From the IMG/VR virus record IMGVR_UViG_3300025858_000010, positions 32,001-96,000 of that record: 64,000 nucleotides of DNA. One strand, 5' to 3'. The notes below the pieces were generated by a model. The model did not search any database and had not been told where the DNA came from. It worked only from the letters and a program-made list of their open reading frames with translations. The DNA is from a virus (Duplodnaviria; Caudoviricetes). Numbering within the stretch: position 1 is the stretch's first letter; each line of letters begins with the position of its first letter. A program made the position numbers and the translations under genes. This document shows, piece after piece, positions 32,128 to 42,206 of this stretch.

Positions 32128-32706
32128 ATGACAGACATGGAAATTGAAATATACGACAGATTAAAAAACGTTGTAGATATATATAGAAAAAAGGGTATAT
32201 CGTCTGTTGATATAAGAAAACATTTTTTAAGACATAAAAATTTTAAAAATCTCTTACATCTTATGCGTGATATTGAGTATACTTATAAAGATCGTAAATA
32301 TCCAATTCCTTTTGATACATACGTATATGACATGCTTTTTTACAGAATTCTGATGGATAGAATTTATTATGAAAAAGATAATCCTGTTGAAGAAAAAATA
32401 TTACATAATTTTAAAAATTTTGAAAAAAGTAATGAAACAGTCAAACCTAAAAAATTGACCACAATGAGAGACAAAATAGAAGCTGAAAATCTTAGAATAG
32501 AAACAATATCAACTAGTGATTTGAGATATATTGTAGCTAATTACGAACATAAAGCTAGCAAAACAAAAGATGAAGATGCTAAAAAAAATTATATGGGATT
32601 AGCAAAAAAATATAAAGACGTTATAAAACAGAGAGAAAAAGAAATGTACGATGATTTTATGAAAAACGTAGATAAAGAAGGACGATGGATTTCTAAACAT
32701 CATTGA
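32128..32706 (+). CDS. Hypothetical protein
   Basis: 192 aa; TTAATATATA upstream; internal LHNFKNFE motif. Confidence 0.65.
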   Translation: MTDMEIEIYDRLKNVVDIYRKKGISSVDIRKHFLRHKNFKNLLHLMRDIEYTYKDRKYPIPFDTYVYDMLFYRILMDRIYYEKDNPVEEKILHNFKNFEKSNETVKPKKLTTMRDKIEAENLRIETISTSDLRYIVANYEHKASKTKDEDAKKNYMGLAKKYKDVIKQREKEMYDDFMKNVDKEGRWISKHH

Positions 32707-32729
32707 ATAGCAAGACTTAAAGAAATAAT

Positions 32730-32762
32730 TAAAAAGATCAAAAAATATTTTTGATCTTTTTT
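32730..32762. terminator. AT-rich hairpin, possible terminator
   Basis: AAAAGATCAAAAAATATTTTTGATCTTTT palindrome after a stop codon. Confidence 0.45.
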
Positions 32763-32932
32763 ATATCTTTTTATGAAACATCATAAAAATAAAAAGAATT
32801 AGAATTTTTTTCAATAAAAATTGAAAAAAATGAATAAAAAAATATGATATATATTCTAAACTTTTAAATTTTTTCGGATATAATTCCGAAACATTAATAA
32901 AATTAAATGAAAGGAGAGTTGGACACATAGAA

Positions 32933-33970
32933 ATGAAAACAAACGATGATGATGTTTGGCGTTCACAGATTGCTAATTCAATTAAGAATATGCATCAATT
33001 AAAAGATAAATTAAAATTAACAGAAAAAGAAAATATAACAAATATATCTAATCTACCGGTTAAAATAACAAATTATTATTTAGAATTAATAAAAAAATAT
33101 CCAGAATTAAGAAGAACTGTAGTTCCTACTATTTATGAACAAGAAGTAAATGATATTGAATATGAGGATCCTCTAGACGAAGATGAGTATAAAAAGACTG
33201 ATTGTATTATACATAAATACCAGAATCGTGTGTTATTTTTGTGTACTTCACAGTGTTCTAGTTATTGTAGATATTGTACGCGTTCTAGAATGGTTGATAA
33301 AAAAAGTTTTAAAAAAGAACAATGGGATGATGCGATTAGTTATATCAAAAATAATAAACAAATCCAAGATGTTCTTATATCAGGCGGCGATCCAATGATA
33401 TTGAGTAATAAAAAATTGGATTACATTTTAGGAGAACTTAAAAAAATTGACCATGTTGGTATAATAAGAATAGGGACTAAAATGCCTGTTGTTCTTCCGA
33501 GTAGAATTAATCAATCTCTAATAGATATTTTAAAAATATATGCACCAATATATATTAATATACATTTCACGAGAAAAGAAGAATTAACTAAAGAATGTAT
33601 AGAAGCGTGTAAAAAATTAAGAGATGTTGGATGTATATTGGGAAGTCAAACTGTTTTATTAAAAGGGATAAATGATGATCCTAATATCTTAAAAGAATTA
33701 TTCTACGAACTTTTAAAGAATGGTATAAGACCATATTATTTATATCAAATGGATAAGATAAAAGGAGGTTCTCATTTTAGATGCGATTTGGATACTATGA
33801 TAAATATCATGAAACAATTGATAGGACTGAATAGTGGATTAGCCATTCCGGAATTTATAATAGACACTGAAATAGGTAAAATTCCTCTGAGATTAGATTA
33901 TGTTACTAGAAACGATGAAGGGAAATATATTTTAACTAATTTTGAAAAAAATGTTTCGATAATATATTAG
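32933..33970 (+). CDS. KamA/EpmB-family radical SAM (lysine 2,3-aminomutase-like)
   Basis: HKYQNRVL, CSSYCRYCTR, ISGGDPM, IRIGTKMPVVLP, QTVLLKGIND, PYYLYQ. Confidence 0.9.
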   Translation: MKTNDDDVWRSQIANSIKNMHQLKDKLKLTEKENITNISNLPVKITNYYLELIKKYPELRRTVVPTIYEQEVNDIEYEDPLDEDEYKKTDCIIHKYQNRVLFLCTSQCSSYCRYCTRSRMVDKKSFKKEQWDDAISYIKNNKQIQDVLISGGDPMILSNKKLDYILGELKKIDHVGIIRIGTKMPVVLPSRINQSLIDILKIYAPIYINIHFTRKEELTKECIEACKKLRDVGCILGSQTVLLKGINDDPNILKELFYELLKNGIRPYYLYQMDKIKGGSHFRCDLDTMINIMKQLIGLNSGLAIPEFIIDTEIGKIPLRLDYVTRNDEGKYILTNFEKNVSIIY

Positions 33971-34007
33971 GATTCTTTAATTCTATTCAATTTTTGAAAA
34001 TTTCAAA

Positions 34008-34199
34008 TTACCACTGCTCTTCACCATAAGGATCTTCTTCGTTAATAATTATCTTTGGTAATACGTCTAACACGATTTTTTCGTCTTTAAATCTTTCTAA
34101 CCAATCAGATAATTCGTCTGATTGTAATTTCATATAATCATTATATGAATCTTGAATAACATTATCGAATGATTCGAATAATTTAAACTTGGTTATCAT
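34008..34199 (-). CDS. Mini-protein: capsid-targeting-like start plus terminal DPYGEEQW
   Basis: MITKFKLFE...INEEDPYGEEQW*. Confidence 0.7.
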   Translation of the reverse strand: MITKFKLFESFDNVIQDSYNDYMKLQSDELSDWLERFKDEKIVLDVLPKIIINEEDPYGEEQW

Positions 34200-34468
34200 A
34201 CTATTTCAAATTTTTTGAATAATTCATTTACTGGAGGAATAGTCATGAATATTTTTTTCAATAAATCTTCTAAATGTTCATATTCATAAATAGAATTGAT
34301 ATTTAATAATTTAAGAAGTTTATCATCTGGTGTAAGAACATATTTTCCGTATTTATTAAACCAAAATACCATTTGATAAATAATATCTTCAATATTTATT
34401 GATAGAAGTATAGCCACTCCATCTTTAATTTTTCCTACATAATCAACAATTGATATACTAACTTCCAT
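34196..34468 (-). CDS. Hypothetical protein
   Basis: Likely start MEVSISIV within ORF 34196..34552. Confidence 0.55.
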   Translation of the reverse strand: MEVSISIVDYVGKIKDGVAILLSINIEDIIYQMVFWFNKYGKYVLTPDDKLLKLLNINSIYEYEHLEDLLKKIFMTIPPVNELFKKFEIV

Positions 34469-34523
34469 TTTAAGTGTTTGTATTTTTAATATATATATAA
34501 TAAAAAGAAGTTCTATTTTTATT

Positions 34524-34892
34524 ATGGTTTTAGATTTTAAAGATTTATACATAAAGTATGATGGTCATCCTAGATTTCATAGTAATATTATTGTCGAAGA
34601 TGATATAGTCGAAGTAATTGTTCAGAAATTGGAAATGATTTTATTTACAAATAAAGGAGATCTATATGGCGAACCAAATATGGGATGTAATCTTGAATAT
34701 TTTTTGTGGCAAACAAAAGTTCCTGTTCCTGATATTAGAAATTTAATAATGGAACAAATCAACACATATATACCGGAATTAAATGATTTGGAATACTCAT
34801 TCGATATTCAACTATATGAAGGAACATATAGAGATATTTTATATCTTAATTTTATAATAAAGGGATATAATTTCGAAATTTTATTAAAATAA
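34524..34892 (+). CDS. GPW/gp25-family baseplate wedge protein
   Basis: QKLEMILFTNKGD..GEPNMGCNL..FL motif. Confidence 0.8.
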   Translation: MVLDFKDLYIKYDGHPRFHSNIIVEDDIVEVIVQKLEMILFTNKGDLYGEPNMGCNLEYFLWQTKVPVPDIRNLIMEQINTYIPELNDLEYSFDIQLYEGTYRDILYLNFIIKGYNFEILLK

Positions 34893-34907
34893 TTTAATAT
34901 ATAGGGT

Positions 34908-35387
34908 ATGAATAATATATTTGAATATAAAGAATATGTAAATGAAATGGTTATACTAAATAAACCTAGTGAATCAAAAGATCCAATAGATGGAATTAAA
35001 TTCACAGAAAAAGAAATTAGAATATTGCAAAATAATGAAGCATATCCATTTGATTTGATTGATAAAACTAAAGCTGTCTGTTTAATTTCCGATTTATATA
35101 AAATTAGTATATATAAGAAAAAAAATGATGAATACTTTTCAAGAATTAGAGATATTAGAAAATCTTTCAATCCGGTTATATTTGAAACAACGACAACAAA
35201 TTTGATAGATTGTTTATATATTTTGGATGATTTCATGTGGGAAAAAATTAAAATAGAAAATGAAAAATCCATTTTAGCTAAAAAGTTAGAAAAAGAAAGA
35301 TTAGAAAGAGAAGCTAGAGGGGATAAAGAATATAAAAATAATCATGTTTTTCCATATAAATCTTTTAGTGGAAAATGGAATATGTAA
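34908..35387 (+). CDS. Putative virion-internal hypothetical protein
   Basis: MNNIFEYKEYVNE start; TTAATATATA just upstream. Confidence 0.6.
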   Translation: MNNIFEYKEYVNEMVILNKPSESKDPIDGIKFTEKEIRILQNNEAYPFDLIDKTKAVCLISDLYKISIYKKKNDEYFSRIRDIRKSFNPVIFETTTTNLIDCLYILDDFMWEKIKIENEKSILAKKLEKERLEREARGDKEYKNNHVFPYKSFSGKWNM

Positions 35388-35435
35388 TTTCAATTTTTTA
35401 ATTAAACATTTTAACTTCATTTCCATATAACATTT

Positions 35436-35840
35436 ATGGATTTCAAAGAAATAATTAATAGGATATTTGTCAATAAAAACACTTATAAAGAAGTGTCTGA
35501 TGAAGATAAAATATCATCATTTTTTATTATTAATCGTAAATTCGGAAAGCAATACCCAAAGATCGCAAAAGAATTCAATCACAAAAATGTAGATAAAGCT
35601 TCTGCGGTAGATATGTGGTTTGAACATTTTAAAAATGTACATATTATTCCACAATGGTATTGGGAAAAAAGTCAAGAAAAATTAAAAAAAACAAAAAAAA
35701 ATAACTACGATAAAATTAAAAAAATATACGAAATAAAAGACTACGATATTCAATTTCTAGAAAAATATTACGAAGAAGATTTAAAAAAAGAATTAAAAAG
35801 AATAGAGAAATTAGAGATATTAGAAAAAAATGATACTTAA
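35436..35840 (+). CDS. Possible clamp-loader small subunit (T4 gp62-like)
   Basis: FFIINRKFG....A..FN pattern and size; weak resemblance only. Confidence 0.35.
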   Translation: MDFKEIINRIFVNKNTYKEVSDEDKISSFFIINRKFGKQYPKIAKEFNHKNVDKASAVDMWFEHFKNVHIIPQWYWEKSQEKLKKTKKNNYDKIKKIYEIKDYDIQFLEKYYEEDLKKELKRIEKLEILEKNDT

Positions 35841-35881
35841 ATTAGTTAAACATCCAGAATAAAATACGACTGCAAAATAAA

Positions 35882-36145
35882 ATGAAACTTTATCATTGGA
35901 CATACAAAAATAAAATAAAATCAATATTAAAAAACGGATTAAATACATCTGAATTAGGTATTGTTTATCTTACACCATCACCAGATAAATGGTCAAAAGG
36001 AACAGTTTGTTTAGAGGTAGAAACTGGAAATTTGAAATTAACTTGTTTTGACGATTGTAAAGAATGGGAAGTTTTATGTTGGGGAAACATACCACCTGAA
36101 AATTTGAAAATAATAAAACCTAAAAATTTGAAAATAATAATTTAA
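35882..36145 (+). CDS. Small ADP-ribosyltransferase-fold protein (Tpt1/KptA C-terminal-like)
   Basis: LYHWT....SILKNGL...VYLT...EV.C.G.IPP. Confidence 0.55.
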   Translation: MKLYHWTYKNKIKSILKNGLNTSELGIVYLTPSPDKWSKGTVCLEVETGNLKLTCFDDCKEWEVLCWGNIPPENLKIIKPKNLKIII

Positions 36146-36184
36146 AAACCACTTTGTATGAAAAAACAACAAAGTGGTTTTTAA
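36142..36184. terminator. Hairpin terminator
   Basis: AAAACCACTTTGT...ACAAAGTGGTTTT. Confidence 0.6.
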
Positions 36185-36244
36185 TTTTTGTCTTTTTATT
36201 ATTTTCGACCTCACTTTGTTCAATATATACTGGAAAAAAATCTT

Positions 36245-37357
36245 ATGAAAATTTTTACAACAGATGATATCAATAACATTCTTGTTAAGTATAACAAATC
36301 TGAAAAAACTACAAGAAAAGACAAGATATGGTTTCAAAACATAGAAGGAGTTAGGAAATCTGGTATGTGTTTCAGCCTTTCACATAAAGAACTTCATGAG
36401 TATGCTAAGTGTTATAATAGTGTTCAATATTTCGCAGAAAATTATATTAAAATTATTAATGATTATGGTAAAATACGGACAATAGAATTAAGAGATTATC
36501 AAAAAGAAATTCTTGAAGAAGAATTAAATAGATTCTCTATTATTCTTAAAAGTAGACAAGTTGGTATAAACGTTACAATGTGTATATTATTCTTACATAA
36601 GATGTTGTTTGAAGATGATAAAAAAATATTAATAGTGGGTAATAAATTTCAAACGGCAAGTGAAATACTAAGTAAATTAAAAGATATTTATCTTTTATTG
36701 CCATTCTATTTAAAACAAGGAGTTTTAGTGTGGAATAAAAAATCATTGATTTTTGAAAATGGATCAAGAATAGAAACTGCTATTAGAACAAAAGAATTAC
36801 AAATTGAAGACTATGATATTTTTTACATAGATGAATTTTCTAAAATTCCTCAATATATTATTGAACCTTTTTATATGAATTTGATTAACAAAATGAAAAA
36901 AGAATCTAGACTTATCATATCGTCTATTCCTAATGGATTTAATTTATTTTATGATTTAGTTCAATGTTCAGAATTACCGTTAAATCATCCAAATAAAAAC
37001 TTATTTGTTACTAAAAGAATATATTGGTGGCAAGTTCAAGGTAGAATGGACACAAAAATGAATATATTAAATGATAAAATAAAACAATATGGTATAGACG
37101 AAGAAGTGATTATTAATCATTTAAAGAATCAAGGGATCGTTGTTTATGATAAATGTATAGATGGTAAAATGTGGTATTTTTTGAAATATGATTCTAATAA
37201 TGAAAATAGTATGATATGGAAAATAAGACAAATGAAAATAAATAATGTTCCATTAGTAGAATTGGCTGAAATAACTAATTGGAAGGAAGAAATGATTCGA
37301 TTATTAGGCAGTGAATATATATTCAGAACTGAATATGATTTATGTTTTCAATTTTAA
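36245..37357 (+). CDS. T4 gp17-like terminase ATPase paralog, degenerate Walker A, no nuclease domain
   Basis: YF..NY.KI, LRDYQ, KSRQVGIN (canonical SRQxGKT), IFYIDEF, IISSIPNGFN, ends FRTEYDLCF. Confidence 0.75.
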   Translation: MKIFTTDDINNILVKYNKSEKTTRKDKIWFQNIEGVRKSGMCFSLSHKELHEYAKCYNSVQYFAENYIKIINDYGKIRTIELRDYQKEILEEELNRFSIILKSRQVGINVTMCILFLHKMLFEDDKKILIVGNKFQTASEILSKLKDIYLLLPFYLKQGVLVWNKKSLIFENGSRIETAIRTKELQIEDYDIFYIDEFSKIPQYIIEPFYMNLINKMKKESRLIISSIPNGFNLFYDLVQCSELPLNHPNKNLFVTKRIYWWQVQGRMDTKMNILNDKIKQYGIDEEVIINHLKNQGIVVYDKCIDGKMWYFLKYDSNNENSMIWKIRQMKINNVPLVELAEITNWKEEMIRLLGSEYIFRTEYDLCFQF

Positions 37358-37375
37358 TTTTTAATATATAACCTT

Positions 37376-37897
37376 ATGAAAATAATATCAGATACACCAC
37401 CAAAAAACGCAGGATACATGAAAGTCCATACCCTACAACTACAAGGAAAAAAAAACCAAAACGTTGTAAGGGAGTATATTAATTCTAAAGACGCCGTTGC
37501 ATCAGTAGTTTTTAATACTGTTAAAAATAAATATCTATTTGTCAAACAATTTCGTCCGGGTCCTAAAATGAATATAATAGAATTAGCAGCTGGAATGTTA
37601 GACCATGCTGGTTTAGATGAAGTCACTACAATAAAAATGGAAATTGAAGAAGAACTTGGATATGCAACAGATACTATAAATCAAATAGTTAAACCATATT
37701 TCACATCGCCAGGAAAAACTAATGAGAGAATATCTATTTATTTTGCGACAGTTTCAAATAAAATTGGTCAAGGAGGTGGATTAGAGAGCGAAAATGAAGA
37801 AATTGAAATAGTGGAACTCACGAAAGAAGAAATAAAGAAAACAGATTTCATTGATGGTAAAACATTATTAGCTCTATCTGTTCTTAAATTAAAATAA
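37376..37897 (+). CDS. Nudix hydrolase (NudF/NudK-like)
   Basis: KQFRP, ELAAGMLD, EIEEELGY, SPG, EEIE, DGKT. Confidence 0.88.
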   Translation: MKIISDTPPKNAGYMKVHTLQLQGKKNQNVVREYINSKDAVASVVFNTVKNKYLFVKQFRPGPKMNIIELAAGMLDHAGLDEVTTIKMEIEEELGYATDTINQIVKPYFTSPGKTNERISIYFATVSNKIGQGGGLESENEEIEIVELTKEEIKKTDFIDGKTLLALSVLKLK

Positions 37898-37982
37898 AAG
37901 AAATTAATTTTTATTTTTAAAAAACTTTTCTTAATTTTGCCTTTACGTTATTAATTAAAATCTTTTTGAAAAATCGGATAAT

Positions 37983-38285
37983 ATGGACATTTCAACTAAA
38001 ATTGTTTTAGTTTTAATAATTGGATTATTATCTACTGCTTGTATTGATAATGTTTTTAATTGGTTACGTATACTTTATTATAATCATAAAGAAAAAAAAG
38101 AAAGATTCTATAAGTGCAATACGTACATAGTTGGATTTCCAAGTGGAGAGATAATTTTTCTTGATAGTGATAAGAGAATAGAACTATTAATAGATAAAGG
38201 TTATTTGAGGTGGTTTAATGAATATAAACGTTTTTGTTATAGTGATCATGACAAAAAAATTATTGAAAAATTATTAAAATTTTAA
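37983..38285 (+). CDS. Hypothetical membrane-anchored protein
   Basis: N-terminal hydrophobic segment. Confidence 0.55.
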   Translation: MDISTKIVLVLIIGLLSTACIDNVFNWLRILYYNHKEKKERFYKCNTYIVGFPSGEIIFLDSDKRIELLIDKGYLRWFNEYKRFCYSDHDKKIIEKLLKF

Positions 38286-38287
38286 AT

Positions 38288-38512
38288 ATGGAAAAATATT
38301 TAACAAAGGGACATCTAGGGCATTATGGCAAATATAAAAATAATAAAAAAAATATTATTGTTATGGAAGTGAATAAACTAGTCGATGAATATAATGAAAA
38401 AATCAATAAATTTCCAACTAAAGCAGAAAATGATATTTTTCACCAAAAAATGATTAGTAAAATCAAAGAACTTTACTATACAATTGAAAAATTTAATTTT
38501 ATGCATTATTAA
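38288..38512 (+). CDS. Hypothetical protein
   Basis: 74-aa ORF in operon-like run. Confidence 0.5.
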   Translation: MEKYLTKGHLGHYGKYKNNKKNIIVMEVNKLVDEYNEKINKFPTKAENDIFHQKMISKIKELYYTIEKFNFMHY

Positions 38513-38537
38513 ATTTTAAAAATTAAGAATTTTAAAA

Positions 38538-38699
38538 ATGAAAAAAGCAATAACCATTGGTGCATTAATATTAATTATATTGATATTGTTTTATATTTTC
38601 GTAAAAACTATTCAATTTTTAAGTCCATTATTGATTCTTATAGGATTAATCATTGTTTGTATAGGTGGACTTATATTTATAATTAAAAGTTTTTTATAA
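38538..38699 (+). CDS. Small two-TM membrane protein (53 aa)
   Basis: MKKAITIGALILII... open to TAA. Confidence 0.55.
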   Translation: MKKAITIGALILIILILFYIFVKTIQFLSPLLILIGLIIVCIGGLIFIIKSFL

Positions 38700-38722
38700 T
38701 AATAAAAATAAAAAAATTAAAA

Positions 38723-39418
38723 ATGAATAAAATTCTAACTTTTATATCCGATACTCATAATAAACATAAAGCTTTAAAGGATTTATTGCCAGGTGGTGAT
38801 ATTTTAATTCATTCTGGGGATATATCATCGAGAGGTTATGATCATGAAATCGAAAATTTTTGTAAATGGTTCAATGAAATTGACAATTACGGACTTAAAA
38901 TTTTCATAGCAGGAAATCACGATTTTGGTTTTCAAGATAATTATGATAAATCTATAGAAATAGTAAAGTCTTACGAAAATATAATTTATCTTCAAGACGA
39001 TCTTCATCTGATTGGAGATGATTATTCGACTTCTATAAAGATTTGGGGGTCGCCATGGCAACCCGAATTTTGTAATTGGGCATTTAATGCAAAAAGAGGT
39101 GAAGATATAAAACAACATTGGGATAAAATTCCAATGGGTGTAGATATTTTAATTACTCACGGTCCTTCTTTTGGAAAACTAGATAAAGTTATTGGAAGAA
39201 ATGAAAATTTAGGATGCGAAGAGTTAGATAAAAAGATTAAAGAAATAAAGCCAAAGATTTTTATTTGTGGTCATATTCATTCTGGTCGTGGTTATTATTT
39301 TGATGGTAATACTCATTATTTTAATGCATCCATCTTAAATGAAAGATATGAATATGAATATAAACCAATAACTATTGATTGGAATATTGAAAATAATGAA
39401 ATAAAATTTTTACAGTGA
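38723..39418 (+). CDS. Metallophosphoesterase (MPPED-like)
   Basis: SDTH, HSGD, AGNHD, GSPWQP, LITHGP, CGHIH. Confidence 0.9.
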   Translation: MNKILTFISDTHNKHKALKDLLPGGDILIHSGDISSRGYDHEIENFCKWFNEIDNYGLKIFIAGNHDFGFQDNYDKSIEIVKSYENIIYLQDDLHLIGDDYSTSIKIWGSPWQPEFCNWAFNAKRGEDIKQHWDKIPMGVDILITHGPSFGKLDKVIGRNENLGCEELDKKIKEIKPKIFICGHIHSGRGYYFDGNTHYFNASILNERYEYEYKPITIDWNIENNEIKFLQ

Positions 39419-39419
39419 C

Positions 39420-39755
39420 ATGACGATGGAAAACAAAAAATCAAAAGAATTCAATAAACATACTATATTGTGTGCTGCTTTTTGTGGTGCAGGTAAAACA
39501 TACATTTGTGAAAAAACTGATATTGATGCTATAGAAATAAGAATATTGGAAATATAAAGATAAAGGATTACAGAAAGAATATGTCGAAGATATCAAAAAA
39601 CATTTAGGAAAAGTCGATTAGAAAGAGATAGTCCTCATGATTTTATTGGGGTATACATGAAATATTGGAATCCTTGGTTAAATGAACTAAAAGATCAATC
39701 ATACTGTAAACATATTGTTTTAAAAAAAGGAGAATATTTAAAAGACGTTCTTTAA
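39420..39755 (+). pseudogene. Frameshifted/deleted P-loop kinase-like gene
   Basis: AAFCGAGKT Walker A, then a frameshift and an internal break before ..W..WL.EL..HIVLKKGEYL. Confidence 0.6.
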
Positions 39756-39798
39756 TACAAAAAAAAGCGACAATATAATATTGTCGCTTTTTTTTGTA
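39756..39798. terminator. Bidirectional terminator between convergent genes
   Basis: A8-GCGACAATA..TATTGTCGC-T8. Confidence 0.85.
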
Positions 39799-40299
39799 TT
39801 AAATATTTTTTCTCCATATAAAATATCCGTCACGTTCGCCAACAAACATATATCCTGATATAGATGTTATTATTCTTTTTAATTCGTCTATAGTTAAAAG
39901 ATTTTCAAATGAAAATTTCAAATCATCTTTATTAACAAATGAAATTGGTTTAATATCAATACCAAATATATTTAAATTATTTGGTAAATTTGAATAAAAC
40001 TCTTTTAATGCTATATTAACAATATTATTCTTTATGATAACATCCAATTCGTTTTTTCCAAAAACAATAGATCTAAATTGAACGCGTCCATTACCTAGAA
40101 TATCACCAGTTAAATCATTAACTTTAAAAATATGTTTTTGAGGATCATCAATATCAATATAATTTTCATACGTGTTGAAAAATATTGATAATATATTTTT
40201 ATGAGCTTTTCCAGAAGGTTCAATGCCATTAACAATATCATCTATTTTTAGCCCAGGTATATTTAAACTTTCGAAAAATTTATTCCAATTTTTTACCAT
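39799..40299 (-). CDS. Putative virion-internal hypothetical protein
   Basis: MVKNWNKFFE start. Confidence 0.6.
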   Translation of the reverse strand: MVKNWNKFFESLNIPGLKIDDIVNGIEPSGKAHKNILSIFFNTYENYIDIDDPQKHIFKVNDLTGDILGNGRVQFRSIVFGKNELDVIIKNNIVNIALKEFYSNLPNNLNIFGIDIKPISFVNKDDLKFSFENLLTIDELKRIITSISGYMFVGERDGYFIWRKNI

Positions 40300-40324
40300 T
40301 TCAATTTATATTTTTTTTTATATA

Positions 40325-40804
40325 TTATTTAAATTTTTTATTTTTAATTTTATTATCTAATTTAGAATTTGAAAACCACCACTTTTCCGCATCTGGTAAT
40401 TCTTTATATACTTTTTCTACAGGTTTTCCATAATATTTTATAAGATAGTTATCAACTATATGTGGATTACCTCTAAAATCTAATATGATCAAGTATGGCA
40501 CTTCATCATTTTTTAAAACTTCATTACCATCACGATCATCTAAATTTTTATCAAAACGAATACCAGTACATTTCAAAGTTTTTGGTACAGGTTTAAACTG
40601 TGGTTCTCCTGCATATTGATTCTTATATAGAACTTTTCCTCTTTCTAAAAATTGAACAACCTTACCTACAAGTTTTTCGGCTTCAACAGCATATGCTCTC
40701 CAGGCGGCCACTGATACTGGATGCCTTAGATTTCTTATCTGTCCTAATCTATCTAATCCATCTATTGTTGCTTCTTCATTGATAAAATCAATATATTTTT
40801 GCAT
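40325..40804 (-). CDS. Putative virion-internal hypothetical protein
   Basis: MQKYIDFINEE start. Confidence 0.6.
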   Translation of the reverse strand: MQKYIDFINEEATIDGLDRLGQIRNLRHPVSVAAWRAYAVEAEKLVGKVVQFLERGKVLYKNQYAGEPQFKPVPKTLKCTGIRFDKNLDDRDGNEVLKNDEVPYLIILDFRGNPHIVDNYLIKYYGKPVEKVYKELPDAEKWWFSNSKLDNKIKNKKFK

Positions 40805-40821
40805 ATAATCACATTTTTTTT

Positions 40822-41292
40822 TTAAAATTGTCTGATAGCTCTAATATAACAACTTCCATTTTTACCTAAACTTCTCTGTTTATCTAATACAGTGTCAGTG
40901 GTGAAATAATGTAACCATGCATTATTTTCATTATCTTCTGAAGAACTCCAGTAATAATTACCATTTCTAAATCCTCCCACTATTTCGTTTTGTAAATACA
41001 ATTGTTCTAATTCATCTTTTGAAGGCAAAAACCAATCAGTATATCCGTCTGTTGTTAATCCTGAACAATAATATGCTGCTGAAGATTCACCACAATTATC
41101 ATACATTAAAGTAGTATTTAATTTACCGTCACCAATTGATGTGCCACTGGCAGAAATAAATACACCATAACAACCCCATTCCCATTTTTTATGTGGAAAA
41201 ATAGCATCTGTTGGATGTGCAATCAATCCATGTGTGCCTTCATCCCATGTATAAAAAACTATACCTCCTTCATAATTTTCACCTATTTCCAT
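40822..41292 (-). CDS. DUF1566/Lcl-like (C-type-lectin-fold) protein
   Basis: GGIVFY..HGLIA, DWFLPSKDEL, YWSSSE....AW, RAIRQF. Confidence 0.8.
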   Translation of the reverse strand: MEIGENYEGGIVFYTWDEGTHGLIAHPTDAIFPHKKWEWGCYGVFISASGTSIGDGKLNTTLMYDNCGESSAAYYCSGLTTDGYTDWFLPSKDELEQLYLQNEIVGGFRNGNYYWSSSEDNENNAWLHYFTTDTVLDKQRSLGKNGSCYIRAIRQF

Positions 41293-41301
41293 TTTATCAT
41301 T

Positions 41302-42192
41302 TTATATTTTTATTTCAAATTCCAACAAATCTTTATCGAACACATATACCCCTCTATTTTCTGTGTATTTTAATCCGTTTTTTGTAGTATCAAATACGAA
41401 TATATGACCATTTTTACTATTAACGAATGAAAAATAATCCACATTATACCATCCAGGATTACTTATATTACGAAAGACATGTACATTATCCACTACTTCG
41501 TGATCTGTGAAGGATTTACATTGTAATGTCTTTTTAACACCATTTAATTTGAATTTAACATCAACACCTTTATGTGTATCTATTCTTTGACCTGGTTCAC
41601 TTTTTATAACATCTGATATTTCACCAATATTAGAAAGATATTTCATAGTCAGACATTCTCCTTTGTTTCCTATGTATGTTGATTTTGCTATAGCACTCAT
41701 TATTCTATAAAATATTGTAAGATTATCATGTGGAAAAAATATATCATAAGCATATTTTGTCATTAAATATTTCATTCTCTCTAAGTTTTCAAAATAATCA
41801 TTATCAAAATTAAGCAGTACTTTTTCGTTATTATTTTTATATCCTTTGATTATGAAATAATTTAGAGTATCTACAATTTCTGCAAAACTTGTCCAATGCG
41901 TATTAACATAATTTAATAATGACCACATTGGATCTTTATCATCATGAACTTTAACGTAATATTCTCTAATTTCTTTATCTAGATTGGCGTCTTTGCTGTA
42001 TTTTAATTTTTCTAATGAATATTCTGTATTTACTATCCCATAATTGCCATCGCCCAATAATTTATTCCAGTGTCCGTTTTGATATAATCTCCACATCAAA
42101 TTATTAATAAAATCAGAATAATTTTGTTTAAATCTTTTAATGGTAAAAAGATTATATATTTTTCTTTTATCTGTTAATTTAAATTCCATCAT
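41302..42192 (-). CDS. Putative PD-(D/E)xK nuclease
   Basis: GNKGE...D..KGVD.......LQCKS. Confidence 0.5.
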   Translation of the reverse strand: MMEFKLTDKRKIYNLFTIKRFKQNYSDFINNLMWRLYQNGHWNKLLGDGNYGIVNTEYSLEKLKYSKDANLDKEIREYYVKVHDDKDPMWSLLNYVNTHWTSFAEIVDTLNYFIIKGYKNNNEKVLLNFDNDYFENLERMKYLMTKYAYDIFFPHDNLTIFYRIMSAIAKSTYIGNKGECLTMKYLSNIGEISDVIKSEPGQRIDTHKGVDVKFKLNGVKKTLQCKSFTDHEVVDNVHVFRNISNPGWYNVDYFSFVNSKNGHIFVFDTTKNGLKYTENRGVYVFDKDLLEFEIKI

Positions 42193-42206
42193 TTTCTTTT
42201 TTTATA

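Noticed and set aside
33160-33190. EDPLDEDEY in KamA as another tag copy
   Set aside because: DPLxE is a normal conserved KamA-family motif and lacks the Tyr and Trp
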